Source: the human T2T-CHM13v2.0 reference genome, Homo sapiens. From it: a stretch of 64,000 bases of DNA. Under the pieces are notes generated by a model. It worked only from the letters and a program-made list of their open reading frames with translations, searched no databases and had not been told where the DNA came from. The first letter of the stretch is position 1. Each line of letters starts with the position of its first letter. The DNA is taken from assembly GCF_009914755.1 (NCBI RefSeq), contig NC_060928.1. One strand, written 5' to 3'. Of the stretch, positions 39,420-53,269 are shown in pieces. A program made the position numbers and the translations under genes.

Positions 39420-42150
39420 ATTTATATTATTATTTATTTAGACTTTTTTTTTCTTTGATAAATCCTCCGGGAGATTTATCTATTTTATTAATGTCTTCAA
39501 AAAATAACATTTTTATATTTAAAAAATATTTTAAAATAATTTTATATTTTATTAATTCTGCTGTTAGGTTGATTATGGCTTACCTTCTTTAGTTGCACAC
39601 TTAGCACATTTTGTTGCACATTTATGCAACAAAAAAGAAAAGTTGCACAGCTTTTCTTTTTTATATATAAGCACTTAGTGTATTTCCTTCTAAGTAAAAG
39701 CTTTAATATGCAGTAGTTTTCTACATGTGGTTATAACAACTTAAGAATAGTAAGTTATTACTCTTAAATAGAAGTGTGTATGTGTAATAACTCTTTCGTT
39801 ATTAATAGTCTTGTGATCAGAGAATTTGACCATTTATATTGACCATATTTGGAAATGTATTAAAACCTACATTATGACTCAGTGCACAGGTTTTGTAAAT
39901 GCTTCAGGTGTTTGAGAATAATGTACATTTTCTTATTCTTGGTTGAAGGAGTTTATATAAGTCTGTTAATTCTAGATTCTTAATAGTCTTCAAGTTTTCT
40001 GTATTTATACTCATATTTTCCAGTTTATCTATCAAGAATTGATAAACATGTTAAATTTGACACAAGGATGAAGGATTTGTTAACTTTTTAAAGTAGCTTT
40101 TTCAATATTTTGTTTTATTTATTTGGAGATAGTTTTATTAGGAGCATAGAAACATAGAATTGTTAGAGAATCATGGTAAATATAGCCTTTTATCCTGATC
40201 TGATAACAATTTATATCCATAAACATACTTTTGACCTTAAGATATATTTTTCTTCTATTAAGATAGTTATGTCCACTTTCTTTTAAGTTAGTATTTGTTT
40301 TGTATTTTTTAAATTATTTTTCTTTAAGCCTTTCCATGTCTTTAATTTTTAGCCATGTCTTTGTAAACAGCATATAGTGACACTTTAAAAATCCAAATTG
40401 ATAATCACTGTCTCTTCTTGATCATAATACATTTATAAATTTTTTTATTAAAACATAATTGGGTCTGTTTCTACCATCTTACTTTTAAATTTATATGAGT
40501 CTCCCTATCACCATGCTACTTACATTAAAAAAGTTTAGCTAATGTTTTTTCCTCACATTATTATTTTTTTCATCTTTTTAGTTTGTATAACCCTGAAATT
40601 TTATCATGCAAATTTAGTTTTAGTAAGTCACAAACTAAACAATATCTTAATCCTCTTTTGTAATAATTTCAGAATTATAGAACTCTCTAAATTAGATCAC
40701 TCTCCTTCTGACTTGCATAATATACAAAACATGTGGCACATTTTAGTTTTATTTTCCTTCTATGTTAAATATATTCTTTCAAATTTTCTTTCATTCAGCT
40801 TTTTTTGTCATAATGTCTCACTTTTGTTTATTTTCATATGGTTTATTTCACACTTTTCTTCAAGAATGGTTTTGCTGATAATATGATTCTAAGTTAGCAG
40901 TCATTTCCATCAGCAACTCTCTTGCTACTGCTTGCTGGCTTCCAATGATGCTCCCTATTTATCTATTTGTTGGTTATATGTTATTTCTCTTTGTCTTTTT
41001 TTAAATTATTTAAATCATTTTTATTTTAGAATGAACAATTATTATATTCTACTTTATACATTGAAAACATTCTAATGTAGGACTCAGGAACAAGAAATAA
41101 AAGGCAAATCACTACAAGAGCCAGTGTTCAGAGGAAAATAAATGTGGAATTGGAAGTCCGGGGTTTCTGTCCCTATTATGTCACATCTTAGATGTATGAC
41201 CTTGGGCAAATCACAAATGCCCCTCAAGCTCCAGCATCTCCCTCTTTCAAGTGAGTATCCCCCTCACAGGGTTATCAAGAGGACAGAAAGAGATAGCATA
41301 TGGAAACAATTACCTGAGAGCCTAGTTCAGAGACATGCCCAAGAGATAATGCTAAATCAAGAGAAGAAAAGGAAGCTTATTCAACTCCTGATTTGGGTCA
41401 TCATGTGTGAATTGTATACAAGCTGCTCATGCCGTCTGGGGTTCAGGAAGCAGTCTGATAAGTTAAATACACCAATATTCAAAATAGCTAACATTGTTGA
41501 ACATTAGCTATGTCTCTTAGACTGCTTTTAAAGTTTTCTTTTTGTCTTTATTCTTCCAAAGTTTTACTACAATATGTTACAATTTTGACTCCTTTATATT
41601 TATCCTGCTTGAGGAACATTCCAATTCCTAGATTCATAGATACATATTTTCATTGATATTGGAAAATGGATTTTCATCTCTTTACGTATTGCCTCTCCTC
41701 TATTCTCTTCATCTGGGATTAAATTATGTGTTTGTTAAAATTACTTGTATTATCCTTTATATCTTGTAACCTTTCATTCATATTTTCCATCTTTTTTCTC
41801 TGCTTCCTATTGACTACTGTTGAATATGTATACTGGTTCTCTAATTCTCTCTTTAGCTGTATCCATTCAGTTGTTTAGTCAAAATTTTTATTTCAACCAA
41901 TATATGCTTAATTTTAGAAGTTACATAATCCAAAATGTATCTTTTTATTTCTAATAAACTGACTGAGTACCTTTAAGACAGCAGTTTTTGTTTTATTGTG
42001 TCGCATATAGAGTATTCTTTTATCTTCTGTGTCTGACATTTACATCAGCTGCAGAGATTTTTGACTTTATTTCTCATTTTTATTTCTAGTTTTCCTTTAT
42101 GATGATCCTTAGACATAATGGCTTGCTTTCCTCTTTTGGGAATCTTGAAC
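39420..42150 (-). mobile_element. Old L1 (L1ME-like) inserted in L2
   Basis: T-rich antisense ORF2-like blocks such as gatagttatgtccactttc and tgtctttgtaaacagcatatag. Confidence 0.65.
41120..41350 (+). mobile_element. MIR SINE
   Basis: agatgtatgaccttgggcaaatcac...cctcacagggttatcaagagga. Confidence 0.7.
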
Positions 42151-42519
42151 TATGTGTTTCTTAAACAGTGAAAGTTCAATGACCATAAATTAAGGGTTAG
42201 GAAGCTTTGTGCTAGAAGCCAATGAATGCCAGAAACTTGTGAGTATTTCAGCCCTTTCTGATAATCTAGACTCAAGTTCTCCTTCCCAACCTCCTGCCAT
42301 TTCCCAATGGCATCATTGCTATTAATAATTCCCCAAGGGACTTCAATCATTGAACTTCAGCAACTGTGGTGTCTGTCTAGCTTTTAGGCCTTAGTTTATC
42401 TTCAGTCCTAATTTATAGGACATACATATACATTTATGTATCTGTACATATATATTTATAGGACTATACATATCCCTGCATATTTATCCTCCAAACAAAT
42501 GAACAAACAAAAAGTCAAA

Positions 42520-43290
42520 AATGTTTACACTGTACTACTTTTCTCCATCCCCGTTTGCAATATTCCTGTTAAGATGACCATAATCTCCTGCTTACATTAC
42601 TTAAACAATCCCTTAACTTTCTCCTTCTCTCAATTTGATTCACGTCTAATCCATACTTTCCATGTATTTAAAGTGCAAGTCTAAATATATATATTTGCTG
42701 CTTGAAACCATCCAGTGACCTCTCTTTCCTTCAGATAAAAGTCCAAGCCCCTTGTCAAGGTTTTCTCCTATGGTGCCCACATAAAATGACCATCGCTTGC
42801 ATTCTGATCTTATTTCTCATTACTGCTCAATATTCCTCTGCTCACATTCTACATTGCAGGCAGTAAAAATACTTCATCTTGTTTCTCTTTGTCATGTACA
42901 CTCTCCCCTCTAGAACCACGGGTATGCCATTTTCTATTTGGGATATCCTCCTTCCTCCCAGATCCCTACCCTCATCTTAAGTCTCCATTTCTTACTAACC
43001 TCTACCAAACAGAGTCTATTCATTCCTCCTTGGTTCAATTTAGATATAACTTCCTTCAGTAAATCTTGGAACACTATACTAGATTAGACATCCCTTCTAG
43101 ATGCTCCTATGAAACACTATGTTTCTTTTATTGTAGAACTTGTCACACTTTGTTATAATCACTCTTTACTTGTTTGAATTCCCAGCTAGACTTTACACTC
43201 CATGAGAACAAGTATTGTCTACTTCGTTTATGATTGTATCCCAGATATGTAGCAAAGCACCTTGTATTGGGGTGCTCAGAAATAAAATTG
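42520..43290 (+). mobile_element. L2 3' part (continuation of the L2 at 36950-39415)
   Basis: ttctccatcccc...ccataatctcctgc...ctagactttacactccatgag...tgtatcccag...gtgctcag. Confidence 0.72.
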
Positions 43291-46261
43291 CCAGCTACCA
43301 CATAGTCTCTAATTCTTACTTAAAAAACCAAATCTGTAGTTCAATAAAGATTTCTTAAATAAATGCCTTAAATATAAAAGCTCAATAATTTTATTAAGGA
43401 GATAAAATATATTTATGGGTCACAACTAGTGATATCCTTGTACTTTTCTAAATAAAACTTACAGTAAAAGTGAAATTATGAAAATACCTGGTTACTTGAT
43501 GTATCAAAACATTTTTTCTTACAGTTTACATATAGCATAGTATTTTGTCTTATGTTCATTTTCATGCAAATTATCCTAATTGATATTTGAATTTCACTGT
43601 GATCAGTTTGTCACAGAGTCCAGCCAAACCACAGTATCCCACATGCTATGCCACCCACTGTCTCTAACCATTTTATCCTGTCAGAGGCAGATCAAGCAGC
43701 CCTGAGTGTAATCATATCAAAATCGATTTTCATGGCTGAGAGAAAAATAATGGAAATTTCTCTAATGTAGTAAATGTATGTGTTCCTTTTGGTTAACCAA
43801 AATAGACTATATATCAGACCTGTCAAAATTAAGTTTTCTTGATTCAGTGCTCTTCCATCGACTTGTATACAAATTACAAAGGCATACTGTGGAGCACTAT
43901 GATGCAATCTTCATGCTTCTCTGGACTGCTCCTGTGTCTCCCTCACATGAATAATACCACCAAGTTACAAAGCTACAAGCCAATTTACAGTGTGAATCCC
44001 CAAGCAACCTTCTCTATGTTAGGATAGTACTTTAAACCTATCACTTCTTTGGTCAATAGATTCTCCCATCATGAGATGTTCCCAAACAGTAACAATGGTA
44101 ATATTTCGATGGGATCTGAACCAAATCAAATACCATCCTTTTGAACTCTTTTCAGTGTCTCATTTTCTTCTTTCTATAATCATTTGAGCAAAGGAATCAC
44201 TTGCTTAAATATCAGTGTTCATTTATCTGAAGCCATTCAGGGTGATCAACCATGTTCAAATGTGATCCCAATGTTATGGTCACTCTACCTACACTATTTA
44301 TTCCATGTTGTCTCAAAGCAGATACATTTTGAAAACGCTTGCACAATTTCTTTTTTTTTTTTGTCTTTTTTTTTTTGGTTTCTTGGTAAGCACAATCACA
44401 GTTGCATGTGATTAACTTGATTGATTCAGACTACACTCTTTAAAGGATGGTAGTTCACTACTAAACTTTGACTACCAAGTTAAGTGGTAAATAATGGCCT
44501 ATAATAATGGTAATGTACAGGTGCAAAGTCAACTAGAAAAAATAATAATGCTTTTATTACTAAGGACAGAATGAGGTTCAATATATTAAAGAACTGACCC
44601 ATGATGTAATTATGAAAATTGCTGACTAATATATAAATCATTAGGTTAATAAATAAATCATTTTTATAAAAATAGAATACAGCAGCCATTTACAACCAGC
44701 AAGAAATAAACCAAAAACTACTTCAAGTTCAGTATACCTAATGTATTATGCTGAAATTACAGAATTATTTGTTTTTTGGCCTGAAAGAAGTAAAAATCAG
44801 TATGCATTAAAATGTGCATCATATAAACAATGCCAAGATCCGTTCAAAAGAAACTTCTGGTAGTGTGGATACTCCCATTAAAAAAAAAATGAAGTAAGCT
44901 TCCCTAATATCTGTCCTGTTAAAATCAAGCTTATTTTCTTAGGTCTGTTTTCTTTGTTAAAATCAAACTCTTCTAAGCTCAGATGAAAACAAAATCAACT
45001 TTTAGAGTTTGGTAACTTGTGAACAGCAATGAGAAATTGGTTTGCATGTCTGATAATGGAAACCTTGCTAAAAGTTAGATTTCTGTTTTAAGCTTCTGGG
45101 ATTTCTGAACAAGGTATCATGGTTACATATATGAGCAACCAGTGATAGTACTATTTATCAATATTCAAATTTCATAATCTTTACTCTAATTTGATGCTAC
45201 AATTCATTATGTTCGCTGAGTTATTTTTAATAGCAGACAATATGATATAGTTGAAAAAACACTGAATTTAGAATTAAGAGTTCTTTGTTTCAACTTAATT
45301 TTCTGAATCTGGCTGGCCCATTAAACAAATCTGTCTTGCCAGTGATCAAACTCCTTTCAGTATTTCTTTTTAAATCTTTTTTAAAAAGCCAATTATCTTG
45401 AGCTCTAAGACTATGTGTGGCTAAAAAAAATATTTCTTATTGGCTTTTCATCTTTAAAAACCTTGAAGTTTTTTTTGCCATTCTTTAAGATCTTTGAGGC
45501 ATTTAGGATTTTAAAAATCTAATAGCAGAACTTTTATGGATATATGGTAATTAACTATTGACTGAAATAAAATCTGAACTGGTTTTGATAAGACTCTCCT
45601 TCAAAGACTGATGAAAATATTGTAAAAAGGACGACCTAAACAGGGTGATAAGAAATCCATTCATACCCTCTCACAGACTTTCAATTCTAGACATTCCAGC
45701 TTCTAGGTGGCATGTCTGATGTGATGCATATTAGCATAATCAATAGGGAAATTGATCCAGTAAAAAGATGAGAAGAACTGACAAAGGTGTTTCCTTCTTG
45801 AAGCACGTATATAAAAAAACATAATTTCTGGCTGTTACGTAACAGTAGAAATTTCTTGACCTGCCCAGACTTTCAGGATGAAAAATAGCCCTCACAATCT
45901 GTAAACTCTTAAAAATTAGGCCACAGAATAAGTTAATACAGAAAACTGTCATTATTGTAGGATCTATTAAATTGTAGAGATCTTGGTGATTGTGTGCCTA
46001 TAGATTTCAATATGTTTCAAAATCATACACTAAAGTCCTGGCAATGCCTCGTTAACAACTGTGTGGGTTCAAGACATCAGCATTATAATGTGTATATTAT
46101 ATGTGTTTTATGCACATAATGAAGTTGTTACATGAACATTCTCACTCATTTGCAAGTGTTTATTGAACATTTACTGTTTGTAATGATACACTAATAAGTG
46201 CTCTTATTTAAATTCATATTAACTTTGCAATAGCAAGGATTGGACATATTTCTTCCATTTT

Positions 46262-46480
46262 GCTGCCTGAGTTCAAATTCCATTTTCATCACTTACCTGT
46301 TACATGAACTTGGACAAATTATCCAACCTTTTTGTGATAACATGTTTTTCTCATTTATAAGATGGGAATAAAAAGAACAGGAAAAGTTATGGAAGTTTTG
46401 TGATGATTAAGCTAAATAATGTATTTAAGTGTTTAGTGTAGCAAGTTATAAATGCTATACATGGTAACTGCTATTATTTT
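46262..46480 (+). mobile_element. MIR SINE
   Basis: ctgcctgagttcaaattcc...cacttacc...tgaacttggacaaattatccaacct. Confidence 0.75.
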
Positions 46481-46600
46481 CTTCATTTTAAATACCCCAA
46501 ACTGAGACTATAGAAAGAAAATACCTTGTCTGTGAGTACATAGGTTATAAGTAGAAGAGTGGGGATTTAGACACTATTTCTTTAAATTGAAAGACTTATT
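46480..46600 (-). mobile_element. MIR fragment, inverted relative to its neighbour
   Basis: cattttaaataccccaaactgagac...taagtagaagagtggggatttaga. Confidence 0.55.
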
Positions 46601-46644
46601 TTTCCTTATATTTATAAAGATTATTAATTTTATCTACATAATGC

Positions 46645-47130
46645 CAAGATAGACTGGATTAAAAAAATGTAGTACATATACCCCATGGAATACTATACAA
46701 CCATAAAAAGGAATGAGATCATGTCCTTTGCAGGGATATGGATGGAGCTGGAAGCCATTATTTTCAGCAAAATAATGCAGGAACATGGATGGAGCTGGAA
46801 GCAATTATTCTCAGCAAACTAATGCAGGAACAGAAAAGCAAACACCATATGTTCTCACTTATAAGTGGGAGCTGAAAGATGAGAACACATGGACACATTG
46901 AGGGGAACAACACACATTGAGGCCTGTGAGGTGCAGGGAAGGAGAGCATCAGGAAGAATAGCTAATGGATGCTGGGCTTAATACCTGGGTGATGGGATGA
47001 TCTGTGCAGCAAACCACCATGATACATGTTTCGTATGTAACAAACCAGCAAATCCTGCACATGTACCCTGGGACTTAAAATAAAAGTTGAAGGAAAAGGA
47101 AACTGTAAAAAATAAAATAAAATAAATAGT
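46645..47130 (+). mobile_element. L1 3' end (older L1PA, about PA13-16) with internal 47-bp tandem duplication
   Basis: gatagactggatt...ggaatgagatcatgtcctttgcaggga...atctgtgcagcaaaccaccat...cttaaaataaaagtt. Confidence 0.92.
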
Positions 47131-47841
47131 AATAATGAATAAGACTTAAATGCAAACAACAGCAACCCTCTTCTTTTTCCTCTGCTTTCTTAATTCCAGT
47201 AACAAATTAATCTATTTCTTGGTTTATTAGTTTTAAATGTTCTTCATTGTCTTCTATAATGAAGACTTAACACCCAAATATCTTCACCATCTACTTTGCA
47301 TTATTTCATTCACCCAATAAAGTTGTATCAAAATAGTTCAGAAAGCAAATTTTAATGTTTGCCTTATAGATGCTAAGTAATTATTATTTGCTCGTCATCC
47401 AAGTCAAGCACTATGTTCCAGTTACCTTTCTTGTGTAATATTTTGTTTTAAGGTTTAAATGATTTTTAAAATTAATTTTTCCATAACTTTTTATGTCCCT
47501 ATTATTAATTTTTCTTAAATTTTTCAAAAATTATCAAATGACTTTTGAGTCCTCTTTCTTAGAGGGCCAAACACATTAGATCATCTACTTATTTATTCCC
47601 GCTGGAGGTACTGCTCCAGTTTCAACTCCAGTTTTTTGCTACTCCAGTTTCAACAGTTTGTATGTCAGGCCAGGTATGCTGCTCTCATGCTGGGATTTCT
47701 CTTTTCTTTTCTCCCTTCTTCAAGACAAACCCATTCTTTCTGGATTCTTGGTCTTCTTTCTTGATTATCTTCTTGTTTTGATGGAACACATTTTGAGATG
47801 CTAGAATAGTCGCCTAAGAAAAGGTGCCTTAGCAGTAAGTA

Positions 47842-48278
47842 TAGTTGACTCTTGAACAACACGCGTTTGAATTCTGTGGATTCACTTATAAGTGAATTTT
47901 TTTCCACCTCTACCACCCCTGAGGCAGCAAGACCAACTCCTTCTCTTTGTCCTCCTTTTCTTCAGTGTACTCATGTGAAGATGATGAGAATGAAGATTTT
48001 CATGATGATCCCCTTCAACTTAATGGATAATAAATAGATTTTCTCTTCTTTATGATTTTCTTATTAACATTTTCTTTTTTCTAGCTTACTTTATTATACA
48101 AACACAGTATATAACGCATATACCATACAACATATGTGTTAATTGATTGTTTATGTTACCAGTGAGGCCAACAGTAGGCTATTCATAGTGAAGTTTTGGG
48201 GAGTGAAAAGTTATACGTAGATTTTTGGCTGCACAGGGTTCAGCACCTTTAACCCCTGTGTTGTTCAAGGGTCCGCTG
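47842..48278 (+). mobile_element. Tigger2a (MER28) non-autonomous MITE
   Basis: TIRs tagttgactcttgaacaacac ... gtgttgttcaagggtccgctg; 437 bp; internal part matches the 3' end of the Tigger2 at 17683-18130. Confidence 0.9.
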
Positions 48279-48362
48279 TGGTTTGAAAGTTAACGTGTCT
48301 GAAAATATATTTATTCTACTCTCATATTTGATAGTTTGACTAGATGTAAAATCCTATGTTTG

Positions 48363-48615
<253 letters not shown>

Positions 48616-49901
48616 TTAAAAGGAATTACTCTATTCTTATGTAGTTTTTAGTTTTGCTTAAGATGTCAATTTCCATTCTACTTCTCCTTCCTTTATGTGT
48701 GACATGTTATTGTCTCCATGGGAATATTTCAATTTTAATTTATTCTAGTTTCAGGCATTTTATGATGATAGGACTTAGTATGGGTCCTTTTTCCCTTCTT
48801 TTAAATTGTTCTGAACACCAATGGGTCTTCAATTCTGAGAAATTTCCATGCACTATTTCTCTGATAATTCCCCCTTTAAAATTTCTTTCTCTTCTTTTTT
48901 TTTCTTGAATTTATGTTAGCCAGATGATGGACCTCCAGATTGTCATTTATTATTTAAGAAATATGCCCTTTTTTCTACTTTTAAAAATATTGGCCTTTTG
49001 ATTCTACTTTCTTTGATATTTCTGTTGAATTTTTAATTGATGCTGTCTTTTCAAGATATATATATTGTTCTCTAATTATTTCCTTTGTATATTACCTTGC
49101 TCTTATTTTAGGAATGTTGTATCTTCTCTTATCTTTCCAACATTAAAAATTCAGTGTGATTTGTCTGTTTCGTGTTGAGATTTTTCCTGCTCTCTGTCCC
49201 TGTTCACGGCAAGCTCCCTCCATTATTTGTTTCAATCTCCTTCTTCCATGGTGACATTTCCCATATATGCCTGTTGATTCCTGAGTACCCACTCTAATTT
49301 CAAGTGAAAGCACTAACGAGATGATTAGAAGCTCTAGGTGAGCAAGGTATCACTGTTGCGTGATTGAGACAGGAACTAAACACTCTTTGCCCCAGTGAAC
49401 TCAAATATTCTTATCTGCATATCTTTCTGTGCACTTTCTAGGCCCATTATGTGCTTCGTTATCATCCTTGTATTTCCAGAGAAGAATCTTCCAATCCACT
49501 ATCTATAAATGACAATGCAGTGGAAAGAATAAAGCATAAAACTCCATAACAAAATTAACAAAATTCTGGGAGCTAAGAAGAAGGATGAGGGTCTCATTAT
49601 TTAATGTGCAGAGATTTGTTAATATCTCTATTATCATTATTGTGCTGCTTATCTTGGAGAATCTTGACATTAATTTCTCTACATAGCAAGCTTTCTCCCA
49701 CTATGAGTGAGAGGGATAGCTACACAGATACAGAGGATAAAGAGAGAGTTTCATGAATCTAACTACTTCTTCAAACTTTCAACCAATTCCAAGCCTTATA
49801 GGAACTTCTGAGGTAGCTGATGCCTCAAATGCCTGAGCTAAGATTCTGCAAGATGGGCTTGCCTTGCTTCTCATTTGATACTTCCTTAAGTATAGGTAAT
49901 T

Positions 49902-50697
49902 ACTACATTCATTAATTATTAGATAATTTTTTTCATATCTTAACATTTTTGAACATGGGGAACTATATTACAGTTATTGGCAATATGGCAGCTTGTATTT
50001 TCCTAAGATGATTGTAAAAGTATCTTCTATCTCACATGTATTGTTTTTATTATGACTTTGCCATGTTTTATTACGACCTTGTTTATGACCTATGTTTATT
50101 ATGACCTATGTTTTTATTACCTTGCCAACAAGACATGGAATGTACATCTTTTCTCACTGAAACTGGTTGAACTTTTGTGACTGCCTCAACTGGCAGTGTA
50201 AGGTGCAAGTGAGGCTATGTGACTTGAAATAGATTATAAAGAGAGATATAGCTTCTGCTTAGCTGTCTCACTTGGGATCTTTGATCTCGCAACTCAGCTA
50301 CCATGTTGTAAAGAGGCCAGGGCTACATGTAGAGGCCACATGTATGTGTCCTGACCAATAAGCCCAGCTGAAGTCCTAGATGACAGCTAGCATTAATCAC
50401 CATCCGTGATAGTGAAGACTTCGAGATGACCCCATCCCTAGCCTGCATCTCATGACAACTTCATGAGAAACCCTGAGCCAGCCAACCCAGTCAGCTCCCA
50501 AAACCGTGAATTATAGTAATGAAAACATTGTTGATTTAAGCTACAAAATTTGGTGTGGCTTATTATGCAGCAATAGATAACTGAACATTTATCACTATAA
50601 ATTTAACAGTTATAATTGGCAGTGATTTTTCTTCCTTAATGAAACAAACAAATGGTGCATCTTATAATAAATGACATCACAGATTCAGAAAATATAT
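49902..50697. mobile_element. MER104-like (Tc2/Kanga) MITE split by the MLT1 LTR
   Basis: Flanks ttttttcatatcttaacatttttgaa and ggtgcatcttataataaatgacatcacagattc resemble the two MER104 halves. Confidence 0.45.
49985..50588 (+). mobile_element. MLT1G-like MaLR solo LTR
   Basis: 5' tatggcagcttgtattttcctaagatg; 3' ttatgcagcaatagataactgaaca. Confidence 0.85.
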
Positions 50698-50946
50698 TAA
50701 TATTCTATTTTCTGTCTTGCTAACTTCTCTTCTGCTTTCTGTGCTCCAAAATGTTGTTGTCCTCTCTGGTTTACCAATAGTTCCCCTGGTCCTTTTATTT
50801 CATTTTCCTGTTCTCATTTTAGTGAGATTTTTGGAAGGAGTTGTGGTAAGTGTGTGTTCCATCTGCTGTGTATAGCTAAGCTCATCATGTTGTTTATGAG
50901 GTTCTGTATTTGTAGATAGAGACTCAGTGCTGATGGCTACCTAAAA

Positions 50947-50951
<5 letters not shown>

Positions 50952-50992
<41 letters not shown>
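50952..50992. repeat. (GT)20 microsatellite
   Basis: Perfect GT dinucleotide run. Confidence 0.98.
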
Positions 50993-50996
<4 letters not shown>

Positions 50997-51696
50997 ATCA
51001 TTACCTAGGTCTTATTTCTTTACTTTAGTGATACCACGTTAGTGCTTTGTAACTGTTCATTCAATGAAATCCTTCTGTGCAAAAAATAGAAATATAACCA
51101 AAAGTGGACTAAGATTTAATTCAGTAGAGCTGTATTATAAGACCCTTTACACACTTGATTATGGAGTGACAATGAGCAGTTCAATATAACTTTCCGATCC
51201 CCAGTTTCTATAAGGACACAATGGAAATATCAATTCTAACAGGAATTTTACATGATAATTTAATGAGATATGTGAAACTTTGTCTTACAGTAGTTTATAT
51301 ATATTTCTAATAAATGTTTACTCAATATGAATCTACTTAACTTTCTTCATTATTTTAATGGGGCAGTTATAAATTAAGTTTTAAAAAGCATAAAATATCC
51401 CTGAACTATTCATCATGTTGAGTTTTTCACCATACTTTGTATACTAATTTCTCATCCTGAAAGAGCTTAATTATAGAATTGCTTTTTGTCTCCCCAGCAT
51501 CTATTCCCTTTTTTTTTTTTTTCTGGTAACAGAAGATCAATTTTCCTCATTGGTTTTAGTCTTGTTAAACTACCCAATCATGTGTCTCTGCCCTCCCTTT
51601 GGTAAAGGATATGTAAAAGTTCAAGCTAGGCCATGACTAAGTTTTCTTCCAGAAATTTTAATATTGAATTGAGCTACACAGAGTTTAAAAATGGCC

Positions 51697-51991
51697 AGCC
51701 AGGCATGGCTGTAATCCCAGCACTTTGGGAGGCTGAGGCGGTCAGATCACGAGGTCAGTAGATCGAGACCATCCGGGCTAACAAGGTGAAACCCCGTTTC
51801 TACTAAAAATACAAAAAATTAGCCAGGCATGGTGGTGGGCGCCTGTAGTCCCAGCTACCCGGGAGGCTGAAGCAGGAGAATGACATGAACCTGGAAGGTG
51901 GAGTGAGCTTGAAGTGAGCTGAGATCGTGCCACTGCACTCCAGCCTGACTGCCTCTCAAAAAAAAAAAAAAAAAAAAAACAAAAAAAAAAA
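51697..51991 (+). mobile_element. Alu, AluY-type, with small deletions at both ends
   Basis: gatcgagaccatccgggctaacaaggtg; 5' agccaggcatgg|ctgtaatc and 3' ccagcctg|actgcctctc lack consensus bases; A tail. Confidence 0.94.
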
Positions 51992-53269
51992 CTAAATTTC
52001 ACTCATCTACAGGTAACATTTTGAAGAAACTGCCCTTTGATGCTTGCTGCCTAGATTCTTGGAATTGCCTTATGTGCCTTTGCTAATATGTGTTTGTTAA
52101 ACTCTTCCTTTGAATCTTTGAGCTATTCTGTCTTCTTCCTAATACATTTCTGTTTTTACGCAAATGAATCAGAATTTGTTCCTGTTACATGCAACCAACA
52201 AATCCTAATTGATCATTGATATTCTGAGAATTCATTTCTAACAAAAGGGCAACCTGTATTTGAAGGTAAATCTGACAATATAAATGAGCTTAACTGGCTT
52301 ATTATTTCTCATATCCTGTCCATAAAAATACTTTCTCATTCTCAAAATAAGATATTCTTATGTACATTACAGGCAGATTATTCACTTTCCATTTCTTTGA
52401 GATTTCAACAAATATAATGGTAGAGAGAGATGTGTTGGGAATATATAAAAGCAAGCCCTAAAATAGACTGGATGAAATTGCCATCATTTGAAGGAAAAAT
52501 TTGCTTCAAATAAGATAACCAAATATGTCTTCACTGGACAGGTAAACACGTTAAATACACTTATCTAGGAATCTAGTTGCTGTAATTCATTAAATCAACT
52601 CATAATTTTAAATTCACACATCATTGGAAGTTTTCTCCTTCTACAAGAATTTACTTGGCATGGTGGGAAACAGAAGTGAGTCCTCTGTGAGCTGTTGCTT
52701 AAATAAAACACAAGGGAGACATTCATATGATGGGCCTCTGAACACATTGCCAAATTATAATTATCCATAAACAAAGACCAGAAACCCAGAAAAAAATCTA
52801 TTAGTGCTGCCATGCCTTCTTAAAGCTCTTCCTTTGATGATTTCTATTGCTACTCAGAGTCACATTATTACCAGCTGATAGGGGGCACAGATGGCTCAGA
52901 GCAGAGAGGTTTGTTTCTGTTATGGTTGATGCTATTTCTTCATGTCTCTTTTTTTTTAATGGAGATTTGGCATATTTCAATTTTCTATATTTCTCAGATA
53001 ATTTTTCTACTATATTTTTTGCTGTTGTTTTCACCTAATTAGTCAGAATGTGGTTTATGTGTATGGGGCACTAGCTTGGCTCCCTTTGAACTCATGGTAA
53101 CAGGAGACAGCTCTGTTTATTTTCCTTCTGCTGTTTGTTTGAAAAATACTCTAGCTGATTTGGCTTTCACCATAAAGCAAGAAGCTGGCCCTGAGAATTT
53201 CAGCCCTAGTATCTGAGCACGTGTGCACATGTTATCTTGGGCTTTCTAATGCTTTCTCAACTTTAGTCT

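Noticed and set aside
50038-50128. Short repeats as a possible CRISPR-like array
   Set aside because: No unique spacers, degenerate tandem units, eukaryotic LTR context and no cas genes.
52595-53038. Lys-rich 77-aa ORF and neighbours as a possible coding exon
   Set aside because: The composition follows from A-rich sequence, the upstream AG lacks a polypyrimidine tract, and there is no recognisable homology.
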